A stretch of 64,000 nucleotides of DNA. Source: a virus. A program made the translations under genes and the position numbers. The stretch covers positions 10,229 to 74,228 of the IMG/VR virus record IMGVR_UViG_3300035698_014070; one strand, 5' to 3'. Each line of letters starts with the position of its first letter. Position 1 is the stretch's first letter. The notes below the pieces were generated by a model. It did not search any database. It had not been told where the DNA came from and saw only the letters and a list, made by a program, of their open reading frames with translations. Shown piece by piece: positions 1 to 8,196 of this stretch.

Positions 1-1287
1 AATGAATCATTGGGATCTTTGTTTATCGCAGCATCAAAGCAGCAGGTGTCTTCATTTTTATCTGCACTGATTGTAGATATGAAGAATTCAAAGAGAGTTT
101 ATATTGTAGATATTCCTTTGTGGAAAGCGAAACCGCAAGCAAATTATAGTGGTGAAACATTTTATGTACATCTTGGAGATACACATACAGTACCAAAAAT
201 AATAAATGCTGATGAAGTGAGTAAAAGCGATGTGCGTACTGGTATAGTGATTGAAGTACCAGTAGAACATGAAGAAGCATTTGAACGTGACATTATTGGA
301 GCGCTTCGTGATATAGCTGGTCAAAGTTCTTCTCAAATACGTAAGTATAAATTGTTTAGTTCGATACAGTTTATTGAGGATTGTTATGATAAAGAAAAGT
401 TTGATCCAATTAAATCTCCATTAATAAAGACAGGATTAAAAGATAAAGTTGATTTGATTAAGCATTTTGATTTATCTAAAATACGCGTGCCTCGTCATGT
501 ACCGAGATATATTCATATGGATATAGCTTTTGCTGGTGCAGGTGATGCTCTTGGATTAGGAATGTCCTGTATTCGTGGTATAAAAGAAGTAGAAACACAA
601 CAAGAAGATGGTACGTTTACGCTTGAGAAAATGCCGATAGCAGAAACTGATTTTGCTGCAAAGATTGTAGCAGAACCTGGCGATGAAGTTCCTATTCATA
701 AGATAAGAAAGTTAGTACTAGATTTGAGAAGAGCTGGATTTAATATAGCAAAGTTTACTGCAGATTTACGATTAGCTTCAGCGGATACTTCTCAAATTTT
801 ACAAGACAGAGGGATTACTTGTGAATACGTTTCATTAGATAAAAAGTCAGAGCCATATAATTTATATAGAAATATGGTATTAGAGCAACGGTGGATTTGC
901 CATAGGCATGGATATTTACATTTTGAGTTAACTAATTTAGAATACAATAGAGACAAAGATAAGATAGATCATCCAGATAAAGTGGTTGAATTGGTGATGG
1001 ACGATACTGGTAATATGAAAGAGATAGTATTAAAAGGATCTAAAGATGTATCAGATGGAGTTGTTGGTTCAGTATACATGGCTGTAAAGGATTATAAGAT
1101 ACCTGTTGATTCTAAAGCTATGAAAAATATTATGGATAATTTAACTAAAGAAACTAAAGAGGAGTTAGATCCTTATTGGTGGATATCAGATATTATGACA
1201 TCTGCAAAGTCAGATAAAGAAGAAGATATAAAAGAAACAGATGATAAAGTTATGGATAAGTTTGCAAATCTTATAAAAAGAATGTAA
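1..1287 (+). CDS. terL: Terminase large subunit, C-terminal part (5' truncated by window edge)
   Basis: Frame is open from base 1. RNase H-like nuclease motifs HMDIAF..GDALGLGM, FTAD, KIDHP..GSKDVSDGV typical of large-phage TerL. Confidence 0.85.
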   Translation, partial: NESLGSLFIAASKQQVSSFLSALIVDMKNSKRVYIVDIPLWKAKPQANYSGETFYVHLGDTHTVPKIINADEVSKSDVRTGIVIEVPVEHEEAFERDIIGALRDIAGQSSSQIRKYKLFSSIQFIEDCYDKEKFDPIKSPLIKTGLKDKVDLIKHFDLSKIRVPRHVPRYIHMDIAFAGAGDALGLGMSCIRGIKEVETQQEDGTFTLEKMPIAETDFAAKIVAEPGDEVPIHKIRKLVLDLRRAGFNIAKFTADLRLASADTSQILQDRGITCEYVSLDKKSEPYNLYRNMVLEQRWICHRHGYLHFELTNLEYNRDKDKIDHPDKVVELVMDDTGNMKEIVLKGSKDVSDGVVGSVYMAVKDYKIPVDSKAMKNIMDNLTKETKEELDPYWWISDIMTSAKSDKEEDIKETDDKVMDKFANLIKRM

Positions 1288-1292
1288 TATGT

Positions 1293-1901
1293 ATGTTGGA
1301 TCAATATTATAAAGTTAGGTCACGTGCTATACGCGAATTGATTCGGCAATATAAACAGAATAAATCACAGCGTATATTCGCATTAATTCTTAAAAGAGTA
1401 GATGACCTTATATTTACAGTGCTATTTGAGTTAGTAAAGGTAGATACATATTTATTACATGTTGAATTAGAAGATTTATACCATACAGCTATAATTGGTT
1501 TACATGACGGTATAATGTCATTTTCAGAAGATGTTGACTATAAATATACAATTGCTCGTATAATCGCATATATTAAATGTTGCATTCGTCGTGAGTTTAA
1601 ATACCTACGTAAGTCTACATATCATGAAGTTTTGTCACCAAGTTTTGTGGATAATGAACGCGTAGATAATCCAAATATAGAACATACTGTAGATTTTATG
1701 CTAACGCTAGAAGTGTGGTGTAAAGATCTAGTTGATCGTAAAGTATTTAACAATGTAGATTTGTGCATATTGCGACTTAGATTTATAGAAGGAAAAACAT
1801 ACGTTAAGATAGGAAAAGCTATAGGATGTTCTACACAAAATGCTTGCGTTAGAACAAAACGTATTATGAGAGAATTACGTAGAGTAAAAAAATATAGCTG
1901 A
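1293..1901 (+). CDS. Phage sigma70-family RNA polymerase sigma factor
   Basis: Region 2-like EDLYHTAIIGLHDGIMSF; region 4 HTH ILRLRFIEGKTYVKIGKAIGCSTQNA. Confidence 0.75.
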   Translation: MLDQYYKVRSRAIRELIRQYKQNKSQRIFALILKRVDDLIFTVLFELVKVDTYLLHVELEDLYHTAIIGLHDGIMSFSEDVDYKYTIARIIAYIKCCIRREFKYLRKSTYHEVLSPSFVDNERVDNPNIEHTVDFMLTLEVWCKDLVDRKVFNNVDLCILRLRFIEGKTYVKIGKAIGCSTQNACVRTKRIMRELRRVKKYS

Positions 1902-1929
1902 TGTATATATTTATTATATAGAGAGTGTA

Positions 1930-2208
1930 ATGAAGCAATCACCAAAAAAAATGCGGTGTATATTTAATGGTAAAGAGTATGATTTATGTTTAGAAGAACT
2001 TGATGGGCTGTGTGATCCTCCTGATGGTAAAATAGATATACCATGTATTTATATAACAAAAGGATTTAACAACGACCAGCTTACATTGGAGTCACTCTTG
2101 CATGAGATGATACACGCTATACGCTGGAGATTAAATCATAATACATGCAAACAACTCGCTAAAGAAATGGCGCCAATTTTGTTTAAATTATATAAACCTA
2201 GGTTTTAA
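1930..2208 (+). CDS. Small HExxH zinc metallopeptidase-like protein
   Basis: LLHEMIHA motif preceded by a beta strand (IYI). Confidence 0.55.
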   Translation: MKQSPKKMRCIFNGKEYDLCLEELDGLCDPPDGKIDIPCIYITKGFNNDQLTLESLLHEMIHAIRWRLNHNTCKQLAKEMAPILFKLYKPRF

Positions 2209-2303
2209 AACGTTTAGCGCAGTACCTTGTTTGATGGCCACTGGATTGGTTTTGCATGAATCATAACAAGCAGCTTGGCAAGGTATTTTTAAAGAAAGGA
2301 ATT

Positions 2304-2954
2304 ATGATGAATAGTAGAAAGATTTGTGTAGCATGTGGAGATGAACAAAAGATAGAAAACTTTAGGTTTGTAAAAGATTGTTCTGGAAACAGAAGTAAAG
2401 TATGTAGGCAGTGTTATAAAAGCATGAAAGAGTATAATAGAAAAGAACTCTGTAATACTGCTAAAACGTATTCACAAAAGCTTTACTATTGTACTGCTAG
2501 TTTATGTAAATACGCAGGTACTGCTCAACCATCATATGATTTTAATAAATCTGTGATAGGTAGATTGAGTGAAAAAAATGGCGGTATGACTTGTAAGAGT
2601 TGTGCTGCTGTATTTGCAAAGAATCATAGTAAGCGTAAAAGTACTTATAATAAGAAATTAGATTTAGAACAGGTTTCTTCTGTGGCTAAAGAAGTAACAG
2701 GTTTTGTTTCAATAGCTGATGATTTATATGGGAATTGCCTACCAGAAATAGTACCAGGTATTAATTTAGCAGATTTAAGTAAGCAGTTTGTAGAAAAGCC
2801 TATATCTATTAGTAGAATTCAAGATATAAAAGATTTAGCAACACAAGGAATAAGACAAGCATCTCAAATGGGTGCATCTCAATTAGATTCTATTCGTTCT
2901 TTTTTATCTATTATAGATACGTGTGAAGAACTTATTAATGTTAAGGGCGAGTAA
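2304..2954 (+). CDS. Cys-rich (CxxC) hypothetical protein
   Basis: CVAC, CRQC, CKSC pairs. Start moved to ATG 2304 after AAGGAA SD-like sequence. Confidence 0.5.
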   Translation: MMNSRKICVACGDEQKIENFRFVKDCSGNRSKVCRQCYKSMKEYNRKELCNTAKTYSQKLYYCTASLCKYAGTAQPSYDFNKSVIGRLSEKNGGMTCKSCAAVFAKNHSKRKSTYNKKLDLEQVSSVAKEVTGFVSIADDLYGNCLPEIVPGINLADLSKQFVEKPISISRIQDIKDLATQGIRQASQMGASQLDSIRSFLSIIDTCEELINVKGE

Positions 2955-3314
2955 ATGCTTTGGATAAAGATTGGTATAAACAATAAAGAGATTCTTAAAG
3001 TAGACGCTATTAGAAAAAGCGATGATAGAACTTTCTGTGAATATGAAGTTACTTATAAAGGATCAGAAGTGCGTGAAGGTAACTTAGTTTTTAATGGAAG
3101 TATAAGTTATTATTTAAAGCATCCATTTGAAGCAGGGTTTATTCAGTTAGCAATAAGTATGTTAGAAGCAGTGAAGCAAGTATTTCCAAGCAAGTATCAA
3201 TTACCGTATAAAGAAGAAAAAGGTAGTGTAAAAACATTAGGTGAGTTACCTAGTCAATTATTAGCATATACAGAAGAAGATTTTTTAAATATGGAAGATG
3301 ATTGCGATGAATAA
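2955..3314 (+). CDS. Hypothetical protein
   Basis: ORF abuts neighbours in a tightly packed operon. Confidence 0.6.
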   Translation: MLWIKIGINNKEILKVDAIRKSDDRTFCEYEVTYKGSEVREGNLVFNGSISYYLKHPFEAGFIQLAISMLEAVKQVFPSKYQLPYKEEKGSVKTLGELPSQLLAYTEEDFLNMEDDCDE

Positions 3315-3702
3315 GAAATTTACAGTTAAATTACGTTTTAAGGTAGCGGATGAAATACTTTATTATAAAATGCATGATAGTATTGGTGATGGATATCCCG
3401 CTATAACTAATAGTGAAATAACTGATTTAGGATTATCACAGTTAAAAAAATATTTAAAACCAGGTAAACCATTTAGAAAAGTATGGGTACATATTTCTTT
3501 ACATAAAAAAGGAGATTATGTTGTAGAGAAAGTAAATGACTTTAGTTCTAATACTATATTTTTATACACGTATAAGCATAGAAACAATGATAGTATGAAG
3601 AGTCCATTCTGTTATGCTGGATTTACAGAAGTATTTCCAGAAGCAGAGAATTTAATAGAAGGTGTACCTGTTTGTTTTAATTTGTTTATTGAAGTGGAGT
3701 AA
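3298..3702 (+). CDS. Hypothetical protein
   Basis: ORF track; overlaps the upstream stop. Confidence 0.55.
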   Translation: MIAMNKKFTVKLRFKVADEILYYKMHDSIGDGYPAITNSEITDLGLSQLKKYLKPGKPFRKVWVHISLHKKGDYVVEKVNDFSSNTIFLYTYKHRNNDSMKSPFCYAGFTEVFPEAENLIEGVPVCFNLFIEVE

Positions 3703-3705
3703 GCT

Positions 3706-4017
3706 ATGTGTATTCTTAAAAAAAATGTACGTATATATATGGAAGATGGAACTATATGGGATATTCCTATAGAAGTTATTGCGAAGGATTATGCATACTA
3801 TCTTGCTTATACTGATGATGCAGATTCTTACGACGTTTTGGATGATGAAGTTATTTCAATATTTGAAGAGGATCATAAAGAGATACTAGAATGGTTGTCA
3901 GGTGATATGGATTGGGATGCGGTAGAATCAGTTGCTGAGTTAGTACAACCATCTTTGTTTGCTGATCCTAGTACATATAATGAAGGTATTACGAATGGGT
4001 TTAAGGAGATAGTATGA
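3706..4017 (+). CDS. Hypothetical acidic phage protein
   Basis: GGAG SD upstream; WDIPIEVIA...MDWDAV pattern seen in small phage proteins. Confidence 0.6.
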   Translation: MCILKKNVRIYMEDGTIWDIPIEVIAKDYAYYLAYTDDADSYDVLDDEVISIFEEDHKEILEWLSGDMDWDAVESVAELVQPSLFADPSTYNEGITNGFKEIV

Positions 4018-4232
4018 TGCGTGTACTTATAGATAATAGTAAGAAGTATGTTGGAAAGTTTGTAGCAACAGAGAATTTTAATACAACAAAAGTAATTGCG
4101 TCTGGAGATAGTTTTGATACAGTTATGTTGATGGCAAGAAATAATGGTTGTAGAGATGCTGTTGTATTTTATGTATCTAAGGAAGGAGAAGCAGTTAGAT
4201 CATATGCGAGTAATAAAGACAAAACAAAGTAA
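4014..4232 (+). CDS. DUF5678-like small protein
   Basis: KYVGKFVA...KVIASG...VFYV pattern; ATGA overlap. Confidence 0.5.
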   Translation: MMRVLIDNSKKYVGKFVATENFNTTKVIASGDSFDTVMLMARNNGCRDAVVFYVSKEGEAVRSYASNKDKTK

Positions 4233-4422
4233 AGGGCGTATTTTTGTAGCAGAGAGAAAGAAAGCATTATTTAATTTTAAAACAGATTATTCGTCTTATA
4301 TTGAAACAAATATTACTAATGTTGAAATAGATATATGGGATAAAGGATTTACTGAAGGATTTGAAGCAGGGTATAACGCGGCTATTACGTTGTTAGAAAA
4401 GAAAGAGAATTATGAAAAATAA
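4204..4422 (+). CDS. Hypothetical protein
   Basis: Downstream ATG of ORF 4144..4422, preceded by AAGGAG; WDKGFTEGFEAGY motif. Confidence 0.45.
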   Translation: MRVIKTKQSKGRIFVAERKKALFNFKTDYSSYIETNITNVEIDIWDKGFTEGFEAGYNAAITLLEKKENYEK

Positions 4423-4720
4423 GTTACTAGAAGAAGGTGATGTTATAATATTGCCATTGAATGTAAACGTATATGCGGAAGTACCTAAGTACTTTTTATA
4501 TAGCAATTGCAAAGGTGAGTTTAAAGAATGGTCTCGTGGTGAGATAGAGATATCTGGAGAGTTATCTTATTTTGCAAGTACGTATATTGTAGTAAATACA
4601 GTATCTGATGGTGGTGGAACTGGTATGGGACCAAATGATATATACCCTGATGGACATCATGTTTATTGTGAGATGAAAGGAAATAAAGAAGTAAAAGAAT
4701 ATAAAAGGAACTTGGCTTAA
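4412..4720 (+). CDS. Hypothetical protein, possibly 3' truncated
   Basis: ORF track; GGGTGMGPNDIYPDGHHVYC motif close to the end. Confidence 0.5.
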   Translation: MKNKLLEEGDVIILPLNVNVYAEVPKYFLYSNCKGEFKEWSRGEIEISGELSYFASTYIVVNTVSDGGGTGMGPNDIYPDGHHVYCEMKGNKEVKEYKRNLA

Positions 4721-4815
4721 ACTATTAGATAAAGATGGTATAGAACAGCTAACACTTATACAGTCAGAAGTAGTTGTATCTTCAGTTTCTTTAAATTAAA
4801 AAGTGAGACAAAGTA

Positions 4816-4983
4816 ATGAAATTGTTTAATAAAAATCGGCAATGTCTTAAGTGTGGCAGTAATTACGTTACTGTGAAGTATATTAAGCGTACAGATATTT
4901 TCTTACGAGAATGTTCATGTGGTTATAAGTGGAAGGAACTGCCATTAGATAGACCACAGTTAGATAGTGAAGGTAAGCAATGA
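4816..4983 (+). CDS. Small zinc-ribbon protein (55 aa, not in ORF track)
   Basis: Manual translation MKLFNKNRQCLKCGS...RECSCGYKW; ATGA overlap with the next ORF. Confidence 0.55.
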   Translation: MKLFNKNRQCLKCGSNYVTVKYIKRTDIFLRECSCGYKWKELPLDRPQLDSEGKQ

Positions 4984-5147
4984 GTGAGATATGCGAACGA
5001 AATAGTAGCGGAGAGCGGCTGTACATTGAATGTATTGGTGCAAAGTGTAATATTCGGGGAATGATAAGGTGGGAACCAGAATGGGTGGCGGTAATGTTTG
5101 AACAACTCATGGATAAGGTGGTGGAAAGCGAGGTAAGTGATGAGTGA
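4980..5147 (+). CDS. Small hypothetical protein (55 aa, not in ORF track)
   Basis: Manual translation MSEICERNSSGERLYIECIGAKC...; coupled to both neighbours. Confidence 0.45.
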   Translation: MSEICERNSSGERLYIECIGAKCNIRGMIRWEPEWVAVMFEQLMDKVVESEVSDE

Positions 5148-5310
5148 GAATGAAACCTGCGAAACTTGCATACATCACACGACAAGCAAGGGTAGTTATA
5201 TGGGCCAGACAGAATACTGGTGTCAGATACAAGCCGGTGTTAAGAACGAACATTATTGGTGCGTTATGTATGAGGCAGATACAAAGCCTGACGTGCCCGG
5301 AAGGAAGTGA
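5140..5310 (+). CDS. Small Cys-rich protein (56 aa, not in ORF track)
   Basis: Manual translation MSENETCETCIHH...YWCQ...HYWCVMYE; GAGG SD. Confidence 0.5.
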   Translation: MSENETCETCIHHTTSKGSYMGQTEYWCQIQAGVKNEHYWCVMYEADTKPDVPGRK

Positions 5311-5763
5311 GTGATGAGTAGAGAGATAAAATTCAGAGCGTGGGATATTCAAAAAAAAATAATGATTGATATCGAAGACGTAAAATTTAATTACATGAGA
5401 AACACTGAACCTGTTGGGTATGACAACGAAGGTATTGGAGGATTACAAGGATTACATATACTTCTTGAGCAGTACACCGGCCTGAAGGACGGCACTAAAT
5501 GGGATGATTTAACTTTAGGCGAACAGACAGACTGGGCAAGAGCCGGGAAAAAAGCAGAGGATTGGAACGGTAAGGAGATTTACGAGGGGGATAAGGTGTA
5601 CTGGGACGAGTTAAAGAAAACCTACCCAATTATATTTCAGGACGGTGCTTTCCGTATAGGTACCGGCGAGAAAATATACAACCTTCTCATTGTGGATGTA
5701 GCGGATGTCGTGGAAGTCGTCGGTAATATACACGACGAGGCGCGGCTGACGTGCCCGGAAGGA
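5288..5763 (+). repeat. 18-bp direct repeat CTGACGTGCCCGGAAGGA flanking the YopX gene
   Basis: Exact copies at 5288-5305 and 5746-5763. Confidence 0.9.
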
Positions 5764-5769
5764 GAGTAG
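5311..5769 (+). CDS. YopX family protein
   Basis: REIKFRAWD...QYTGLKD...GKEIYEGD...EVVGNIHD. Confidence 0.9.
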   Translation: MMSREIKFRAWDIQKKIMIDIEDVKFNYMRNTEPVGYDNEGIGGLQGLHILLEQYTGLKDGTKWDDLTLGEQTDWARAGKKAEDWNGKEIYEGDKVYWDELKKTYPIIFQDGAFRIGTGEKIYNLLIVDVADVVEVVGNIHDEARLTCPEGE

Positions 5770-5890
5770 GATGAAATACTTTAAAGATAAAGTTACGTAT
5801 GTACTTTTTAGTCTATATGTTTTGATTTGGATAGTTATAATCTGTACAGTGTATACTATTATACGTAAAGGTTGGTAGTAAGGAATTATT

Positions 5891-6148
5891 ATGAAATATA
5901 AAGAAGCAAAAGCAATTGGATTAAAGTGTGGATTAGAAAGACCGTATGAGTTTATTAATAATGTTACTATACATATTATGAATATATTTACTTACAAGGA
6001 AATACAGAAAGAATTAGATGAGTTGAGAGAAGATGCTAAAAAGGAGGGTATTTCTTTTAGTTCTGTTTGTAATCATGCTATTCCAAAAGATAGAGACACT
6101 GATAAGTTGTGTGATATGTGTGTTAAATTAGAGACATTGAATATGTAA
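5891..6148 (+). CDS. Hypothetical protein
   Basis: AAGGAA SD; ORF track. Confidence 0.55.
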   Translation: MKYKEAKAIGLKCGLERPYEFINNVTIHIMNIFTYKEIQKELDELREDAKKEGISFSSVCNHAIPKDRDTDKLCDMCVKLETLNM

Positions 6149-6160
6149 AAGCGAGTTTCC

Positions 6161-6415
6161 ATGAATTTACTCAGTGAAAAAATATTAGATGAGTTAGCAC
6201 TTAAATTTCTAAAAATAAAAGGACTTAAGTGTTGTTGCGGTAAAGCTTTTTGTTCATTTGAAGGAGAAGGTTATACGACTGGTTTTTATATTAAATGCAC
6301 TAATGATCCTGTTTGCGCGTCTTGTAGTAGAGTAGTAACTAATAAGTGGATAGTTACTACAAGAAAAGAATGGGAAGCTGAACGTATATATAAGTTAGGT
6401 TTACACGATTTTTAA
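6161..6415 (+). CDS. Cys-rich hypothetical protein
   Basis: ORF track. Confidence 0.5.
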   Translation: MNLLSEKILDELALKFLKIKGLKCCCGKAFCSFEGEGYTTGFYIKCTNDPVCASCSRVVTNKWIVTTRKEWEAERIYKLGLHDF

Positions 6416-6442
6416 AGAAAGTGAGGCGGGGGAATAAGTACT

Positions 6443-6649
6443 ATGACTAAAAGAGAAATGACACGTACAGAAATTCAAGCAGAATTAAAGCGAATGAATA
6501 TAGATATGAAGCCTATGTACGAGAAGTTAGGTATCTTATTACAGTTATATGGAGTAGGTCATGAAGATGAAATTAGTAGTGCTATTGCAGAAGAGATAAG
6601 AAAAGAAATAAGAAAGCATCTTAAGAAAGTAAGTTTAAGAGATTTTTAA
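6443..6649 (+). CDS. Small protein ending in SLRDF (tag variant)
   Basis: C-terminus KKVSLRDF*. Confidence 0.6.
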   Translation: MTKREMTRTEIQAELKRMNIDMKPMYEKLGILLQLYGVGHEDEISSAIAEEIRKEIRKHLKKVSLRDF

Positions 6650-6685
6650 TAGATATAAGTAAATAATTTTTCCTTTCCTCCTTTG

Positions 6686-6720
6686 AGCTCTCTGTCTTTA
6701 ATTAGGTAGCAGGCTTTTTT
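6686..6720 (+). terminator. Possible intrinsic terminator
   Basis: Imperfect stem (AGC..CTGTCT / AGGTAG..GGCT) followed by T6, at the end of the small-gene operon. Confidence 0.35.
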
Positions 6721-6873
6721 ACTAACTTTTGTTAATATAGATCTAACTTTCATTTATATATTATATAGATAGAGTATAAAGTGAAAAGTTAACAAGATAG
6801 AAAAAATAATGAGAAAAAAGAGTCATAAAGCTTTATGCAGTAAGTAGTTAAGGAACGTACAGGAGAACAAAGC

Positions 6874-7110
6874 ATGTGTAAAGAAAAAGAATTTTGTCCC
6901 TATTGTGGCACAGAATTAACAGAAAAGATGATTGAAAGTATAAATGTAGGGTATACAAATACATTGGATTTTGCGCATTTAGCTGATGAAGATGTACCTA
7001 GTTCTGATAGTGTTTATATAAGAATGAGAGATGCAGGATTGTTTAAGTCAGAAAAAGATTTGCAGAAAATAGAATCAGATGATATAGGTAGAGTTGAAGA
7101 TATATTATAA
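6874..7110 (+). CDS. Hypothetical protein with N-terminal CPYCG
   Basis: AGGAG SD; ORF track. Confidence 0.55.
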   Translation: MCKEKEFCPYCGTELTEKMIESINVGYTNTLDFAHLADEDVPSSDSVYIRMRDAGLFKSEKDLQKIESDDIGRVEDIL

Positions 7111-7316
7111 TGGAATCATTTGTAATAACTACAGAAGAAACAAACGATATTATACATTCAGCATGTATAGATACATACTTTTGCGCTAATACAATGCAGA
7201 ATGATATAGCAAGACAGATAGAGCATTGTGAGACACACATACCCTGGGATAGGCCTGAGTATTATAATCCATGGAACAGGCTAGCACCGCCACATCTTAA
7301 AGTTAAACGATGGTAA
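7110..7316 (+). CDS. Hypothetical protein
   Basis: TAATG overlap with the upstream gene. Confidence 0.5.
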   Translation: MESFVITTEETNDIIHSACIDTYFCANTMQNDIARQIEHCETHIPWDRPEYYNPWNRLAPPHLKVKRW

Positions 7317-7816
7317 TGAAGAGCTTAATAAAAGAATTACAGCAAGTACTGACAGAATCTACAGGACTGAAGAAAGGCGACACGGTGTACAATGTCTACA
7401 CGTCCAAAGATTTTGGTTCTATAAACGAAGGGCAGTTTTCTATAGTATTCTTTATAACAGAGCACAGTGAGGCTTTACTCTGGGCAAAAGAAAACGTAAG
7501 ATATAACAATGCCGATGCGGTTTACATACGTGAATGCGAATTGCTTACAGACAGAATTGCACAAGTAGAAGATATAATGCCATACATTGAAGAAGAGAGT
7601 GCATTTGAATCAGTGTGGAATGAAGATTATTTTCATGTAGGTACATGGGAAGATAAAGCTAGACATCTAATTAGCAGGATTAAGAGAAACTGGGATGCTA
7701 TAGAGTTTACGCGGCACCACGACGATATAGAAAATATGGTAATGGTATTTGATGTAGATAAGAATGTTAAGTTATTGAAAGAGCCGTATAAGTATAATAG
7801 TTTAAGAGATATATAG
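7310..7816 (+). CDS. SLRDI-tagged protein, possible ADP-ribosyltransferase-like fold
   Basis: Leader MKSLIKELQQVLTE; C-terminal YNSLRDI; VY..T..F / FFITE / WDAIEF / VMVFD pattern loosely resembles ART domains of polyvalent proteins. Confidence 0.6.
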   Translation: MVMKSLIKELQQVLTESTGLKKGDTVYNVYTSKDFGSINEGQFSIVFFITEHSEALLWAKENVRYNNADAVYIRECELLTDRIAQVEDIMPYIEEESAFESVWNEDYFHVGTWEDKARHLISRIKRNWDAIEFTRHHDDIENMVMVFDVDKNVKLLKEPYKYNSLRDI

Positions 7817-7827
7817 GAGAACTTAGT

Positions 7828-8196
7828 ATGAATGATAGTTTTGATTGGCCTAGTAGTAAGACATATGCAGATTTCTGTACAAGATTAAAAGAATTTAATG
7901 ATACAGATTCGTATATTAGCGGAGAACTTAATGTATGGCTTGGTGATGTTGATATGACTTTAAAGGTACATGATGGAGCGCATACTGTTTCTTTCTATTC
8001 AGAATTAGGTGCTCGTGAAGTATCAGAAACGAAAGCATCTGTAAAGAAAGATAAGATAAAAGATATGCTTGAACAAATGAAAGAAGGAATTAATATACTT
8101 ATAGACAACATTGATGAAGCAGTTGAAGAAGTAGTTAAACAGAATGCAGCATATAATGAGTGGGATAAAGAGTATACAGAAGAAAGTAAATTGTAA
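7828..8196 (+). CDS. Hypothetical protein
   Basis: AGGAG SD; coupled to the portal gene. Confidence 0.6.
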   Translation: MNDSFDWPSSKTYADFCTRLKEFNDTDSYISGELNVWLGDVDMTLKVHDGAHTVSFYSELGAREVSETKASVKKDKIKDMLEQMKEGINILIDNIDEAVEEVVKQNAAYNEWDKEYTEESKL

